From a virus (lineage: Duplodnaviria; Heunggongvirae; Uroviricota; Caudoviricetes), in the IMG/VR virus record IMGVR_UViG_3300042559_001801: a stretch of DNA of 64,000 nt, one strand, 5' to 3'. Within the stretch, counting starts at the first letter, position 1, and each line of letters opens with the position of its first letter. Shown here piece after piece: positions 37,001-45,533 of this stretch. The translations under genes and the position numbers were made by a program. The notes beneath the pieces were generated by a model that was not told the DNA's origin, made no database searches, and saw only the letters and a program-made list of their open reading frames with translations.

Positions 37001-40000
37001 ACAGGTCCACATCCCACCCAAATTGTGCTTGATAAATTGGTGCATTGTCTGCTGTTTGATTTAGAGAATCCCAATCAGATGTGATGACAATTTGTTGTAC
37101 TGTGTTGAATATGTTGCTTTCAATTTCAATTATGTCGCCCACTGCCAGTGTCACTGCGCTGGTCAACACAACGTCATTGCCGACCACATTGAATCCACCA
37201 TCAACTGCAAACTCTGCATTGGTCAAGAACACATTGTTGATCAACACGCTGACCGGCGCTTGCCATCCAGCAGGCAATGCAAATGTGGTTGTGGCTGTTT
37301 CGCCTATGCCAACTTGATATCGTAATACGCTGCGATCATACACATATGTGCTGCCGGACTCCAGGGAAGAAACCAAACTTGTTGGCGCTCCTATCACTAC
37401 CTGACGTCCATCTGTGGCTGACGCCACACTGTGACCAAAATTTACACTGTTGGCAGGGCCGTCAATTTTGTCAATATATTTAAAATATGTTCTAGCAGAC
37501 GCAAAGATAATTGCATCTGCAGGTGGTATGGCAGCAGGTTCAAATGTGACTGTTGTTCCGGCAAATGTATAATCAATGTATGGGCGCTGTGCAAATCCGT
37601 TTACTTCTAACAGGAACGAATCAATATCAGTTGCTGTGTACAAATATTCAGACAGGTCAAACGAGTCGTCGTTGTCGATGCCGGAACCCACAGGTGTAAA
37701 TGTAACAATGCCGCCAACTGTGACTGTGTTGACTGTGATCACCAAGTCATTTGCAGGTGATGTACCACCTCCAATGGTAGCAGCATTAATAGTAAGTGTA
37801 TCACCAATTGCATAGTCCAGGCCCGGAGCAGTTAACGATACTGCATAGTCTCCGCGAGTACGGTCTACAGTAAATGTTGCTTGTGATCCTGATCCTGATG
37901 TGGAATCTTGTGTTACTCCGTAGTAAACTTGATTGTCAAGTTGTATAGACTGGCGTCGAGCAATCACAATCACTGAACCGGCATCAGGTGTAGCTGCAAA
38001 TAGCACAGCGGTATTGCTTAAAACATAGTCAACGCCTTCTGATTGTGCGGTGTTGTTAACAACCACTACCAATTGATTGGGATTTGTATAATCAATTTTG
38101 ACAGCACCGGAATATTGGTATTGTTGGTTTATTCCGTCAGCAATGTATGTCACCGACTGTGCAGCAACATCAACTCGACCATAGGCATACACTGCATTTT
38201 CGTCCGGAGCTCCGATGTACACAATTCGTTCATCTTTGCTTATGGCAACACTGGTGCCAAAACTTCCTGCACTGGTATCGTAGTCGGGTGCCACCAACAA
38301 TTGTGGCTGTGTAAATCTACTGTCGGATGGATTTCTATTGATAATTGAAGCATACCCAACACCGCTGGCACTAAGGCTTGCGCCTGCTACTGCCCATGTT
38401 TGATTACCAAATGCAATGTCATTACCAAATCCCAGTGTTTCGGGTGCTGTCAAGTATAATAAATTATCGTCAACATATAGCGCATCTGCTCCTCGTACAT
38501 ACGGATATATCACACCGGTAACAGTAGCAGTTGCGTCATTGTAGAATGTAGGTGCGCCTACCAGGGCAGCAAGATTATCATAGGCTTGTGCAACACTTGT
38601 GCCATACGCAGTATTTTCTATTGGCAAATGCTGCACTAAAGTATGGTTGTCAGTGAACACATCTTGTTTTTCCAGCACTTCCCATAGTTGGGCGCCGTTG
38701 TTGTCGACCCAGGCCAGTGCACCAGGTACTAGATCATTGGCATAAGATAACAATCCCACGTCACTGGCCTGGGCCACACGCATTGTATCAAGATAAAATG
38801 CCAGGCCGTTGCCGGTGGCAACAATTTGGTTGCCTGTGAATGCATAAGCAACTGTCAAAGTAGTTGGCGTTGGTGCTGTCAACACACGATATACACCGTT
38901 GAACGATTCATTAAAGAATCGAACAATTAATATATCTCCACGAGTTAAATCGTGTACTGCGGTGAATGTAACTAAACTTGTTCCGTTGAGATTGTCACTT
39001 ACTCGAGTAATTCTTCCTGGGGTCTGAGTGGCACGGTACACATTCCAATCATAACTGTTTGTTTTGGCTACCCAAATTCTTGTGCCGTTTCCAATGTTGT
39101 CAAGGTCTGCTGCAATTGAACTTGGATCATCCAAAGAAAACACTGTGATATCAACGTCGTTGATGTTGACATAACCTGCTGTTGGCAATGCTGTGTCTGT
39201 AACAGTTGTGGTTGTTGTAGGTAAAATGTCAGTTGACGGCAACTTATAACTTTCACGCCATACATTATTCAACAACACAGTTTGATTTGCTACACTTGAT
39301 TCGCCCACTTCAATTATTTGTACTGTTGCAGGATCACTTTGCAACAATGCTTCATTCAATTGCAATTCAAAGAAACTGCGGTTGGCATTGGCACCATAGG
39401 TGCCGCGCAGCACTGCCCAATTTTCATAGATTTGATAATCAGCAACTTCTTTGCCAAGATTTGCACCAGTAAATATTTCAGCACTCAGCACAGTACCTTT
39501 GGTACCAATGAACTGCTTGTACAGATTGACTTGACTGGTATCGTCAAGATTCAATGCAACCATATATTCGCGAGGTTGGAATCCGATCAGTCCATAACTT
39601 AATAAATCGTTGTCACGCTCCAAGTTGGCTGTTTGTGTGTTGTAACTGTTGGCCAGCTGGTCTGCTTTGTTGGCCAAGTTGGGCAACAGACCTTTTTGTA
39701 TTTTGGTATAGTCGCTCTTGACCCAGTCAGCATAGGCAAATTCTCTTTTGGGCTGAACAATTATCTGTGCAGACCAATAGGTATTTTTATAATTGACAAT
39801 TTCGCCTTTGGCATATCGGCGATTTGGAACCCAATCTTGCACATTGTCTTGGTTCAACACAAACCCTTGTGCATTCAATGTGCCGTCCCACTCGGTAGTG
39901 GTCATTGCTATTACATTCACGCGGTTTTGTCTAGCAGAAGTAGTTGGGTTATAAATTAAATCAGCAAAAATACTGACATTGTCTAAAATTACAAGATTTT

Positions 40001-43000
40001 CATAACTGGTGTATCGTAAGTTGGCATAGGCAATTGCCTGGCCAGTGGCACTGGTCACGCTAAATCTATTTTCCAGTCTTTCTATAATTAAATTTCTAGC
40101 ATCAAACGGTTGACGATTTTGATCCAGCATTATATTTTCTATATTCTGCATCATCACATTGTCAATGACTGCGCCGGGTCTTTCTGCAACCAATTGAGTT
40201 GCAGCTGGATTCAAGTTGATTAAACTGTTGACACCCCAACCTTGGTTGGCCCAGTACAGGAACTCTCTGGCCATTTGTTGCCAATCCAGCGGATAACCAT
40301 TTTCACGATCTTCACCAAAAATCAATCCTTGACCAGTTAAGTACTGTCCATAACTCAACAAGAAGTCGACCACCGAACTTTGATTTGTGAATACAAATCC
40401 GTATGGCACTTGCACAATGTCTGTACTGTATTGTTTTGGCACACGCACAGTGCTGCCACCAGCGCTGACTGTCTGTAGTTGGCCATTGGCACGACTTGCT
40501 AGAATATTAAAGTATGGATCAACTGTGCTGTATCCAAGCACTGCATATCCAGTGGCAACTGCCTGCACAATAACTGCACTGTATGCAAATGAACTAAATG
40601 GCACATTTTTGTACAACAGCAAATTGTAACTTTCATCCGGCAACAGCAGACTGGAGTTTTGACTGTCTGGACTTGACCGCTCGGTATACACTTTGAGGTA
40701 TTGTTTGTCTGTAAAACTGGCAGTTCTCCAGCACAAACGAACATCAAGGCTGGCCAACGCCTGTTCCAACGCATCTGTTGAATTGATGCCCAACTGTTGA
40801 TTGTAATCCACAATCCAGTTGATGTAACTGGCCTTGCTGACAGGAGTAACTGTTCCAGCAACACGGTCAACATGCCCGCCGTACACTTGAACACCATTGG
40901 CATCCAGTCTATAACGACCATTGTATAGATATTGTTCTAAGTCAGCATCGTATTTGTAAAGGTCGCGATCAGCAAATAAACTAAAGAATTTGGCCGGACA
41001 GGTTAATGCCAACAAACGCATAACAGCAAAAGGATAACTGCTGCTGGTCCACCATGCAGCTTCGGCCGGCCCACCATCGCCAACTACCCAGCTCTTACGG
41101 AAAGCATTGGGATCGTATGCTCCAACCACACTGTCCAGTGGAGGCAGCAGTGCGCCTTCTGACCCAGTGGGGATAAAGAATGTGGACAAGTTTGGTCGTT
41201 GATATTTTGGAATAATATACGGTGCTACAGGATCAGCCACATAACCCGCTTGAATGTCATCCCATAATACCAAGTTGTCTCCGGTGTAAGGAACCGGTCC
41301 ATAACGATTGGTCCACCACACAGGCTGTTGACTAAATCCCAGCATTTCCCATGGTGTGGTAGATGGACTCAGAGTATCATAAAAATTTCTATAGATTCCG
41401 CGCCAGGCCCCCAACAATGGCAGGTTGAATTGTTTGTCGCCGGCTTGACTGTAGTTGTATGTGAACGCATTGGTGTTGATGTACTGCTGAGTTTTGTAAT
41501 CAATCTTGTTCTGGCCACACCAGGTCAAGAAACTTTCGCCAAGTATGGTTGTAATTTCAGCAGCAGTGTAATCTGTTGTTCTGAAGTATCCGGGTATCAC
41601 ATCATCTGCTACCAATGGAACTGGATTGTCTTGAGTTTTCAAATTGTTAAAAATTCTACGCTCAAATTCCAGCAGTATATCATCACGCAGATCGCCAAAT
41701 GCAACAGTAACGCTGCCGTCGTGGCCACGAATAACCACGGTGGGATTGACATAGTTTATATCCAAATACATCTGTGGTTTGTACGCTGCATACAATCCCA
41801 TCTTGGTAGGAGTATTGGGAACAAAACTGCCAGTGGTTGTGGCATATTCTCGAACAGTGACTTGATCGCCCACAGCCAATGGCACAGTGACATCAATTCG
41901 TGGTCCATCTGTGGCCACGGTGTAATCATAATTCAATGTTAACAAATTGCCATTTAGATAAACCAACAATCCTAAAAAGTTAGCAGATGTAAATGTGTAT
42001 GTCTGAACTGTGTCAAATACACCTGAGGTAATTGGTGTCACAGTGTGAATAATCTCTGTGTACACACTGCCGTGTGGTATCATGTCACTGTAGAAAAAAC
42101 TGTTTATATTAGTTTTACCCAAGCTCAGGTCCGTGATGATTGAATCAAGTATTTGACTGGTGGTGAATGTGCCCCATTCGCTTTGAATGGCTGCTGCTAA
42201 CATTCTATTCTTAAATTTATTGTATTCTCTATCATTGAACTCTAGAGATTTAAAAATATTATAATTTGGCTCTCTCATAAAGAACCCAGCCAGAGTCATT
42301 GGAGAACTTTGTTGCAGTATGGTTGTGCCATAGCGACCAATGTTGCCCAGGTCTCTGGTGTTGTTAGCTCCGTTGATTTTACCAACAAAGCCAATGAGAT
42401 TCTCTGCAATACTTTCGTAATGTGTTCGCACAGTGCCCAGTGTAAACACATCACTGTTGGCGTTGAGTGGATTGTTCTCCAGATTGATGGGAACTTCATA
42501 AAAACCTGTTGCACTAACTTGATCACTCAGCACTTGTACTTCAATCACTGAGCCTGGTACATAGATTTTGTTCAGCGTAATTATAGTTGTGGTTGCATTT
42601 ATTGTAACTGTGTAATCTTGAGGCAACACAAATTCATCAGCCACATAAAGCATAATGGCCGGCACTGTGGTGTTAACTGGCACAACGATATCCAATTGCA
42701 ACGGTGTTCCGTTGTAGGTAAATTGGAATTGTTGGCGAATCTGACTCGGAGTCGCTGCAACATCCCACCCAATTTTACGAGTGTATAAAACGCGGTCGCT
42801 GTATTGATACACAAACCCATCACTGACATTGCCCACTACACCAGAAGTACCAGTTACATAATTGAATGTGTCAGTGTATAAATTATTATCAAACACTATA
42901 TCACCAATGTTGGTAAGACTCAGGTAACGCACAGGAAATCCCAATACAGGGTCTGCTGTTCCATTGCCAATGGCATAGCTGAATAGTTTACTTCCAACAA

Positions 43001-45533
43001 ATGTAGAACTAGGGTATGTTGTTTGATTACTAAAACTCACACCGGCAGAATCAAATACATCAAACAACGGTGCTTGGTTGGTGGCAGTTTTTTCTTGTGC
43101 CAGTATCCAGTCAACACCATCAAAATAGTAACTTAATCCTTGCTGTGTCAATCCGTTTAAGGCAACTACTGTTTGGTTAACCAGCACAGTAGAATCAGCA
43201 GCAGGAACTAAATTTATTATAGGCTGGTTAATCAAAGGATTAACAGTGTCTGGTTCAATAAATGTTACTTCGTATATTTTATTTCGAACTTGTAAATCTG
43301 AATCATTTGCAAATATAACACGACTGCCATTGATAAATGTGTATCCGTCGGTGCTGTAGCCAATTGTGCCGTTGATGGTGCTGAGTGCATCAGTTGCGTT
43401 AAAGTCAACAATATCAACTGGTTGTTTGCCTTCGGTGCCAAACTCAAATAATTTAGTACCAGCAATGAATTCTATCACTGGTCGTTTGGCTCTGTAGTTG
43501 TTGTCTAGAACTGCTGTGGTATTATTGTATGCCGCGCTGGCGTTGACAACATCAACATGAAACCAACGATTAGATCGCGACCACGCATTCAGGTCTGGGC
43601 TTGCACGGTTAATTGTCAAATAATCTGGAATCAGTGGAGCATTATCTGTGGCATCATAGTTGCCAATGTCATACCCAACACTGTCAAAAGGAACACTGGA
43701 GCTTTGAGTGTATGTTTCAGGAGTTACAAAACTAGCAACAGCTAACAATTTAATTGCTGTTCCTACTCCTTCAACATAGTATTCTTGGTTTTCGTAACTG
43801 GCTGGAAATGTGGTTCCGCGGAATTGAACTTTGAGACCATTGGTGAATACTACACCATTGGGACTGGTGTAGGACGGTTGGCCAATGATATCTTCGACGA
43901 AGATTGTACTGGCTTGGTCTTGATTGATCAAACGAATTTGACCAAATATTTCTGGATCTGTGCCGTCTTGGTAATACAACACATCTTTAATTGCTGTCAG
44001 TAACGGAATTTGTTCAAATATTCCGTCGGCATTTTTATACCATTCGGTACTGGAATATTGTGTTCCAAACAACACATTAAATTTTTCTAAATTTTCAACT
44101 GACAACACACTGTTCAACTGCATGTATTGCTGACCACCGGTGGTAGTGATATATTCAATTTGCCATATGCTGTAGCGTTGTGCTTGAGTCAGCGGAGTTG
44201 CTTGTGCAAATGGAATGCTGTCAAAACTGCCGGCGCCGGACTGAACATTGCCCACATTGGGCAACGGATCAAATTGCGAAGTAACTTCCCAGCCGCCTTG
44301 ATCAGCACTGGCATTGTTGACGAATGCAACTGTGCGACCATTTAAATTGGTAATGCCGTCAATGCCGGTGGGATTCTGTGTGAAGAATTCAGCTAAGAAC
44401 TGATTGTTGATTTGTTCAAACGTCAGGCTGGTTATTAAATCAACTGATCCAATACTGGGCAATGTGTAATAAAAACTCTGTGCTGTGGCCAGTGGTACAT
44501 TGAATTGCACTGCGCCCAAGTCTTCGCCGTTGTTGAATACTCCCAACACATCTCTGCTGCTGATGTTTGGTGCCCAGGGTAGTGTTCCTGAAACACCAGG
44601 TGTCATTTGAATCCAAAATCCTGGACCAGTGCCTGGAGTTCCGTCCACAATGGTAAATGTTCCTTGCATGTTGAACTGCGTTTCGCTGGCATAATATAAA
44701 TTATCTGGCGCATCTTGCGGCACAGTAAATGTAATGTTGCCGGTTTGTGACCCGTTGCGACTGACACCTGTGTTGTATTGATTGCCAGTGCCCTGAGTCG
44801 GAGCAGTTTTGATCCAGAACGGCGACGCTGTATCAAGATTTAAATTGAATACATAGGTGTTGCCGCGAACCAGAGTCAATGCAGGATTTGGAACATAATC
44901 AATCACATACGCAGATATGCCGCTGCTGGTAACGCGGAAATTGACTGATTCTTTTTGATTTTGTGCTACATTAAATGTGTAGTTGCCTCCGCGCACCAGA
45001 GTGATTGAAGGATTATTTGTGGGGTAATTAGAAAAAGTATATACACCATTTTCTCGTGTAACTGTGTAATCAGCCATTAACGGAATAGCAGTGGCACCAA
45101 CATCCACATTGTCTGGACCAGCTGGCAACCAATAATATTGACTGAAGTTTACAAACTTGTCAAAGTCAAGTTGAGGATTCCAAGTATAGTATTCGCTGGT
45201 GTAGAGTCTATCGCTGTTGTCAGTAAACGATCCTTGTGTGGACAATGCATCACTGATGCCAGGATATGTAATAGCGTCTTCAACTGAGTCGCTATCAGGT
45301 TTCAGCATGATGACACCCGGCTCCAACTGATAGTTTGTGCGAGTTGCAGTGGGTTCCACTACATAACGATTGTCAGCATTGACTCCGGGTCCAACACGAC
45401 GACCAACAAACCCTTGTGTCTTTTTAAACTGGGGTTCTTGAACCAGTTGGTCCAGAGTAGCAGCTAAAAATTGCTTGTTGGTAGATGTCTGAAATATTTC
45501 AGGTAAGAAATCTACTGTTCTCACTTTTGCCAT
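31086..45533 (-). CDS. giant virion structural protein, 4815 aa, at the gp7 (baseplate wedge) position; fibre-like
   Basis: A single uninterrupted ORF of 14.4 kb. Its start ATG overlaps the stop of the gp6-like gene (TAATG). The sequence has no recognisable enzymatic motifs. Confidence 0.7.
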   Translation of the reverse strand: MAKVRTVDFLPEIFQTSTNKQFLAATLDQLVQEPQFKKTQGFVGRRVGPGVNADNRYVVEPTATRTNYQLEPGVIMLKPDSDSVEDAITYPGISDALSTQGSFTDNSDRLYTSEYYTWNPQLDFDKFVNFSQYYWLPAGPDNVDVGATAIPLMADYTVTRENGVYTFSNYPTNNPSITLVRGGNYTFNVAQNQKESVNFRVTSSGISAYVIDYVPNPALTLVRGNTYVFNLNLDTASPFWIKTAPTQGTGNQYNTGVSRNGSQTGNITFTVPQDAPDNLYYASETQFNMQGTFTIVDGTPGTGPGFWIQMTPGVSGTLPWAPNISSRDVLGVFNNGEDLGAVQFNVPLATAQSFYYTLPSIGSVDLITSLTFEQINNQFLAEFFTQNPTGIDGITNLNGRTVAFVNNASADQGGWEVTSQFDPLPNVGNVQSGAGSFDSIPFAQATPLTQAQRYSIWQIEYITTTGGQQYMQLNSVLSVENLEKFNVLFGTQYSSTEWYKNADGIFEQIPLLTAIKDVLYYQDGTDPEIFGQIRLINQDQASTIFVEDIIGQPSYTSPNGVVFTNGLKVQFRGTTFPASYENQEYYVEGVGTAIKLLAVASFVTPETYTQSSSVPFDSVGYDIGNYDATDNAPLIPDYLTINRASPDLNAWSRSNRWFHVDVVNASAAYNNTTAVLDNNYRAKRPVIEFIAGTKLFEFGTEGKQPVDIVDFNATDALSTINGTIGYSTDGYTFINGSRVIFANDSDLQVRNKIYEVTFIEPDTVNPLINQPIINLVPAADSTVLVNQTVVALNGLTQQGLSYYFDGVDWILAQEKTATNQAPLFDVFDSAGVSFSNQTTYPSSTFVGSKLFSYAIGNGTADPVLGFPVRYLSLTNIGDIVFDNNLYTDTFNYVTGTSGVVGNVSDGFVYQYSDRVLYTRKIGWDVAATPSQIRQQFQFTYNGTPLQLDIVVPVNTTVPAIMLYVADEFVLPQDYTVTINATTTIITLNKIYVPGSVIEVQVLSDQVSATGFYEVPINLENNPLNANSDVFTLGTVRTHYESIAENLIGFVGKINGANNTRDLGNIGRYGTTILQQSSPMTLAGFFMREPNYNIFKSLEFNDREYNKFKNRMLAAAIQSEWGTFTTSQILDSIITDLSLGKTNINSFFYSDMIPHGSVYTEIIHTVTPITSGVFDTVQTYTFTSANFLGLLVYLNGNLLTLNYDYTVATDGPRIDVTVPLAVGDQVTVREYATTTGSFVPNTPTKMGLYAAYKPQMYLDINYVNPTVVIRGHDGSVTVAFGDLRDDILLEFERRIFNNLKTQDNPVPLVADDVIPGYFRTTDYTAAEITTILGESFLTWCGQNKIDYKTQQYINTNAFTYNYSQAGDKQFNLPLLGAWRGIYRNFYDTLSPSTTPWEMLGFSQQPVWWTNRYGPVPYTGDNLVLWDDIQAGYVADPVAPYIIPKYQRPNLSTFFIPTGSEGALLPPLDSVVGAYDPNAFRKSWVVGDGGPAEAAWWTSSSYPFAVMRLLALTCPAKFFSLFADRDLYKYDADLEQYLYNGRYRLDANGVQVYGGHVDRVAGTVTPVSKASYINWIVDYNQQLGINSTDALEQALASLDVRLCWRTASFTDKQYLKVYTERSSPDSQNSSLLLPDESYNLLLYKNVPFSSFAYSAVIVQAVATGYAVLGYSTVDPYFNILASRANGQLQTVSAGGSTVRVPKQYSTDIVQVPYGFVFTNQSSVVDFLLSYGQYLTGQGLIFGEDRENGYPLDWQQMAREFLYWANQGWGVNSLINLNPAATQLVAERPGAVIDNVMMQNIENIMLDQNRQPFDARNLIIERLENRFSVTSATGQAIAYANLRYTSYENLVILDNVSIFADLIYNPTTSARQNRVNVIAMTTTEWDGTLNAQGFVLNQDNVQDWVPNRRYAKGEIVNYKNTYWSAQIIVQPKREFAYADWVKSDYTKIQKGLLPNLANKADQLANSYNTQTANLERDNDLLSYGLIGFQPREYMVALNLDDTSQVNLYKQFIGTKGTVLSAEIFTGANLGKEVADYQIYENWAVLRGTYGANANRSFFELQLNEALLQSDPATVQIIEVGESSVANQTVLLNNVWRESYKLPSTDILPTTTTTVTDTALPTAGYVNINDVDITVFSLDDPSSIAADLDNIGNGTRIWVAKTNSYDWNVYRATQTPGRITRVSDNLNGTSLVTFTAVHDLTRGDILIVRFFNESFNGVYRVLTAPTPTTLTVAYAFTGNQIVATGNGLAFYLDTMRVAQASDVGLLSYANDLVPGALAWVDNNGAQLWEVLEKQDVFTDNHTLVQHLPIENTAYGTSVAQAYDNLAALVGAPTFYNDATATVTGVIYPYVRGADALYVDDNLLYLTAPETLGFGNDIAFGNQTWAVAGASLSASGVGYASIINRNPSDSRFTQPQLLVAPDYDTSAGSFGTSVAISKDERIVYIGAPDENAVYAYGRVDVAAQSVTYIADGINQQYQYSGAVKIDYTNPNQLVVVVNNTAQSEGVDYVLSNTAVLFAATPDAGSVIVIARRQSIQLDNQVYYGVTQDSTSGSGSQATFTVDRTRGDYAVSLTAPGLDYAIGDTLTINAATIGGGTSPANDLVITVNTVTVGGIVTFTPVGSGIDNDDSFDLSEYLYTATDIDSFLLEVNGFAQRPYIDYTFAGTTVTFEPAAIPPADAIIFASARTYFKYIDKIDGPANSVNFGHSVASATDGRQVVIGAPTSLVSSLESGSTYVYDRSVLRYQVGIGETATTTFALPAGWQAPVSVLINNVFLTNAEFAVDGGFNVVGNDVVLTSAVTLAVGDIIEIESNIFNTVQQIVITSDWDSLNQTADNAPIYQAQFGWDVDLCPNNCSIYIGAPQNTNNDSGAVQRNVNQARVYGIISSPVANPVLTAGNTVRVNDYQVAVPAAPNNTVAGLAAAINSANNGIGIPNATATVSDDLYFVADGIVKTFDIGVTYSQFDSYNTVVYLGTTLQTLNVDYTYNNTKGTIAFITAPADKTVIRVVTGVLTLSVINAAAATSNAKLNVLPGLTGSAFTDIGFVNYPYTQTITSPNPSQFARFGSSLFIDSTALTLVVGAPNGNMYKPVTFDNNTTYFDDRSTVFSTTIVQSGVAYTFDYLPSSTDSVNNPGKFVFGQQLYNDATKELDGYGTGLSYITGKLLVGAPGNDLEDSQFANFGQVVVFDNPDRTPAWTVKHLQTPVVDVALLNSVYMYDKLESQVTSYLDFFDPLQGKILGIAQENIDYVGAVDPANYNNGPIRNVGNPWAGARVGQIWWDTNSVRFIDPNQDDIVYASRRWGQTFPGSRIDIYQWVESEVQPANYTGPGTPLSFLSYTTRAELNSENVFATRYYFWVRNISTVNTVAGKKLSTTAIANYIQFPRASGIAYLAPLNASTVAIYNVLDLISAQDTILHVEYDRLANDDNVHQEYELIAADRADSFLSGNLYLKLQDSFSGINITGASVPDPGLSPAMRYGVEFRPRQSMFADRFGALQNYLGRANTVLAQYPITETKSFTLLNSREPEPAANSGAWNKRVANLSELGYQNLIIVPLGYRYLVATDTNNSGFWTIYEVVSGSAPGSRELTLIRVQNYDTRRYWSYIDWYLPGYNKTVNPVTSVLNYSGLSGVTLKIAPVGASVEVTNAATTGKFEIYQRTDLGWDRVGLEDGTIEFSRSLWDYAAGNFGFDVEVFDSQYFDQEPVIETRKIIQAINEQLFIDELLIERNRALILTFEYVMSEFASPDWLIKTSLIDVDHKIRNLLPYQFYNRDNQDFVLNYIQEVKPYHTQIREFNLSYNGNDAYPGLMTDFDLPAFWDATLTVPQFISPVLLPYTQSTANSNTNFNADTAADSTLWAKTPWDEWYANYTLSIQAVVITNGGVGYTVAPSITVTGDCVEQAEMTAIINGAGQVSGITIDNYGSGYTTTAIITFVGGNGTGAAAAVTMGNDLIRQITTRIKYDRYEYSSTIVEWQAGVNYDNGTQVRYLNRVWEAAADDSTGIQSNTFDPADWVIVNPGLLSGVDRTMGFYTPTVNEPGLSLPLLIDGVEYPGVQMFGVGYDQYPGFDIAPFDTTPFDNLTYGPEGRPTYDQTILDAIYQSPYNDPYLGTLATSINADGGAYIDTYSSHAPEELVPGSEFDTLDLRVYTTPGADWARDGHGFRIEVKKYTVTAVPETFDFASVDPVPATLLVENQTTGLLMHPVTDYTVDWVAQTVTVINGVDVDDVIVISLFEIGGGNQLLKRPYNGDEVTPEPIGSSLVVPVQYSLIDEFVIFVNGSLITNYTYIQAGTSTKLLFSNLYTSADYLMIAAIGPTTIDDTEINYSWSVPVTQYIAGISNQYLYTLTNSMEYTNPDNVYVTIDGRRVRTAAGAQYYADGTSEYLLPQRLGFDQSIIADNEVRVYVDDIPQILNIDFIVEPYDPDTPRAVIFDVTPTDGEKILICVTTDAQAVVTGDQILFNQYGGFVPTDGQIIAVTSWNDTRQQDILTQVYVGPGARVTPDGTEPFDSTDFDVGTVVGAPGSFDYSPPQQVSLNNLFLDHLNTDPDRLFVTLNGVLLFNNVSYTLVNDEIVLAGGYILSPTDVVMITQFTNSIAPLAMAFRIFQDMRGVQATYRITTATTTYLTQALSADADTIYVYNAAALDEPNLANNIWGLLTVNGERIMYRNRNLVTNTVSGLRRGTAGTGAASHAVNADVYNIGRGNLLQPEYQNYIVSNITNPLISGVNIGDGVTTSFVAALIDVSSEDSTVYNEAIEVYIGGTLQLGGYTVTNENPVTVLFDTAPAAGSEVTILVRRGVTWYAPGAGTPSNGVALQDTNTVAARFLRGE

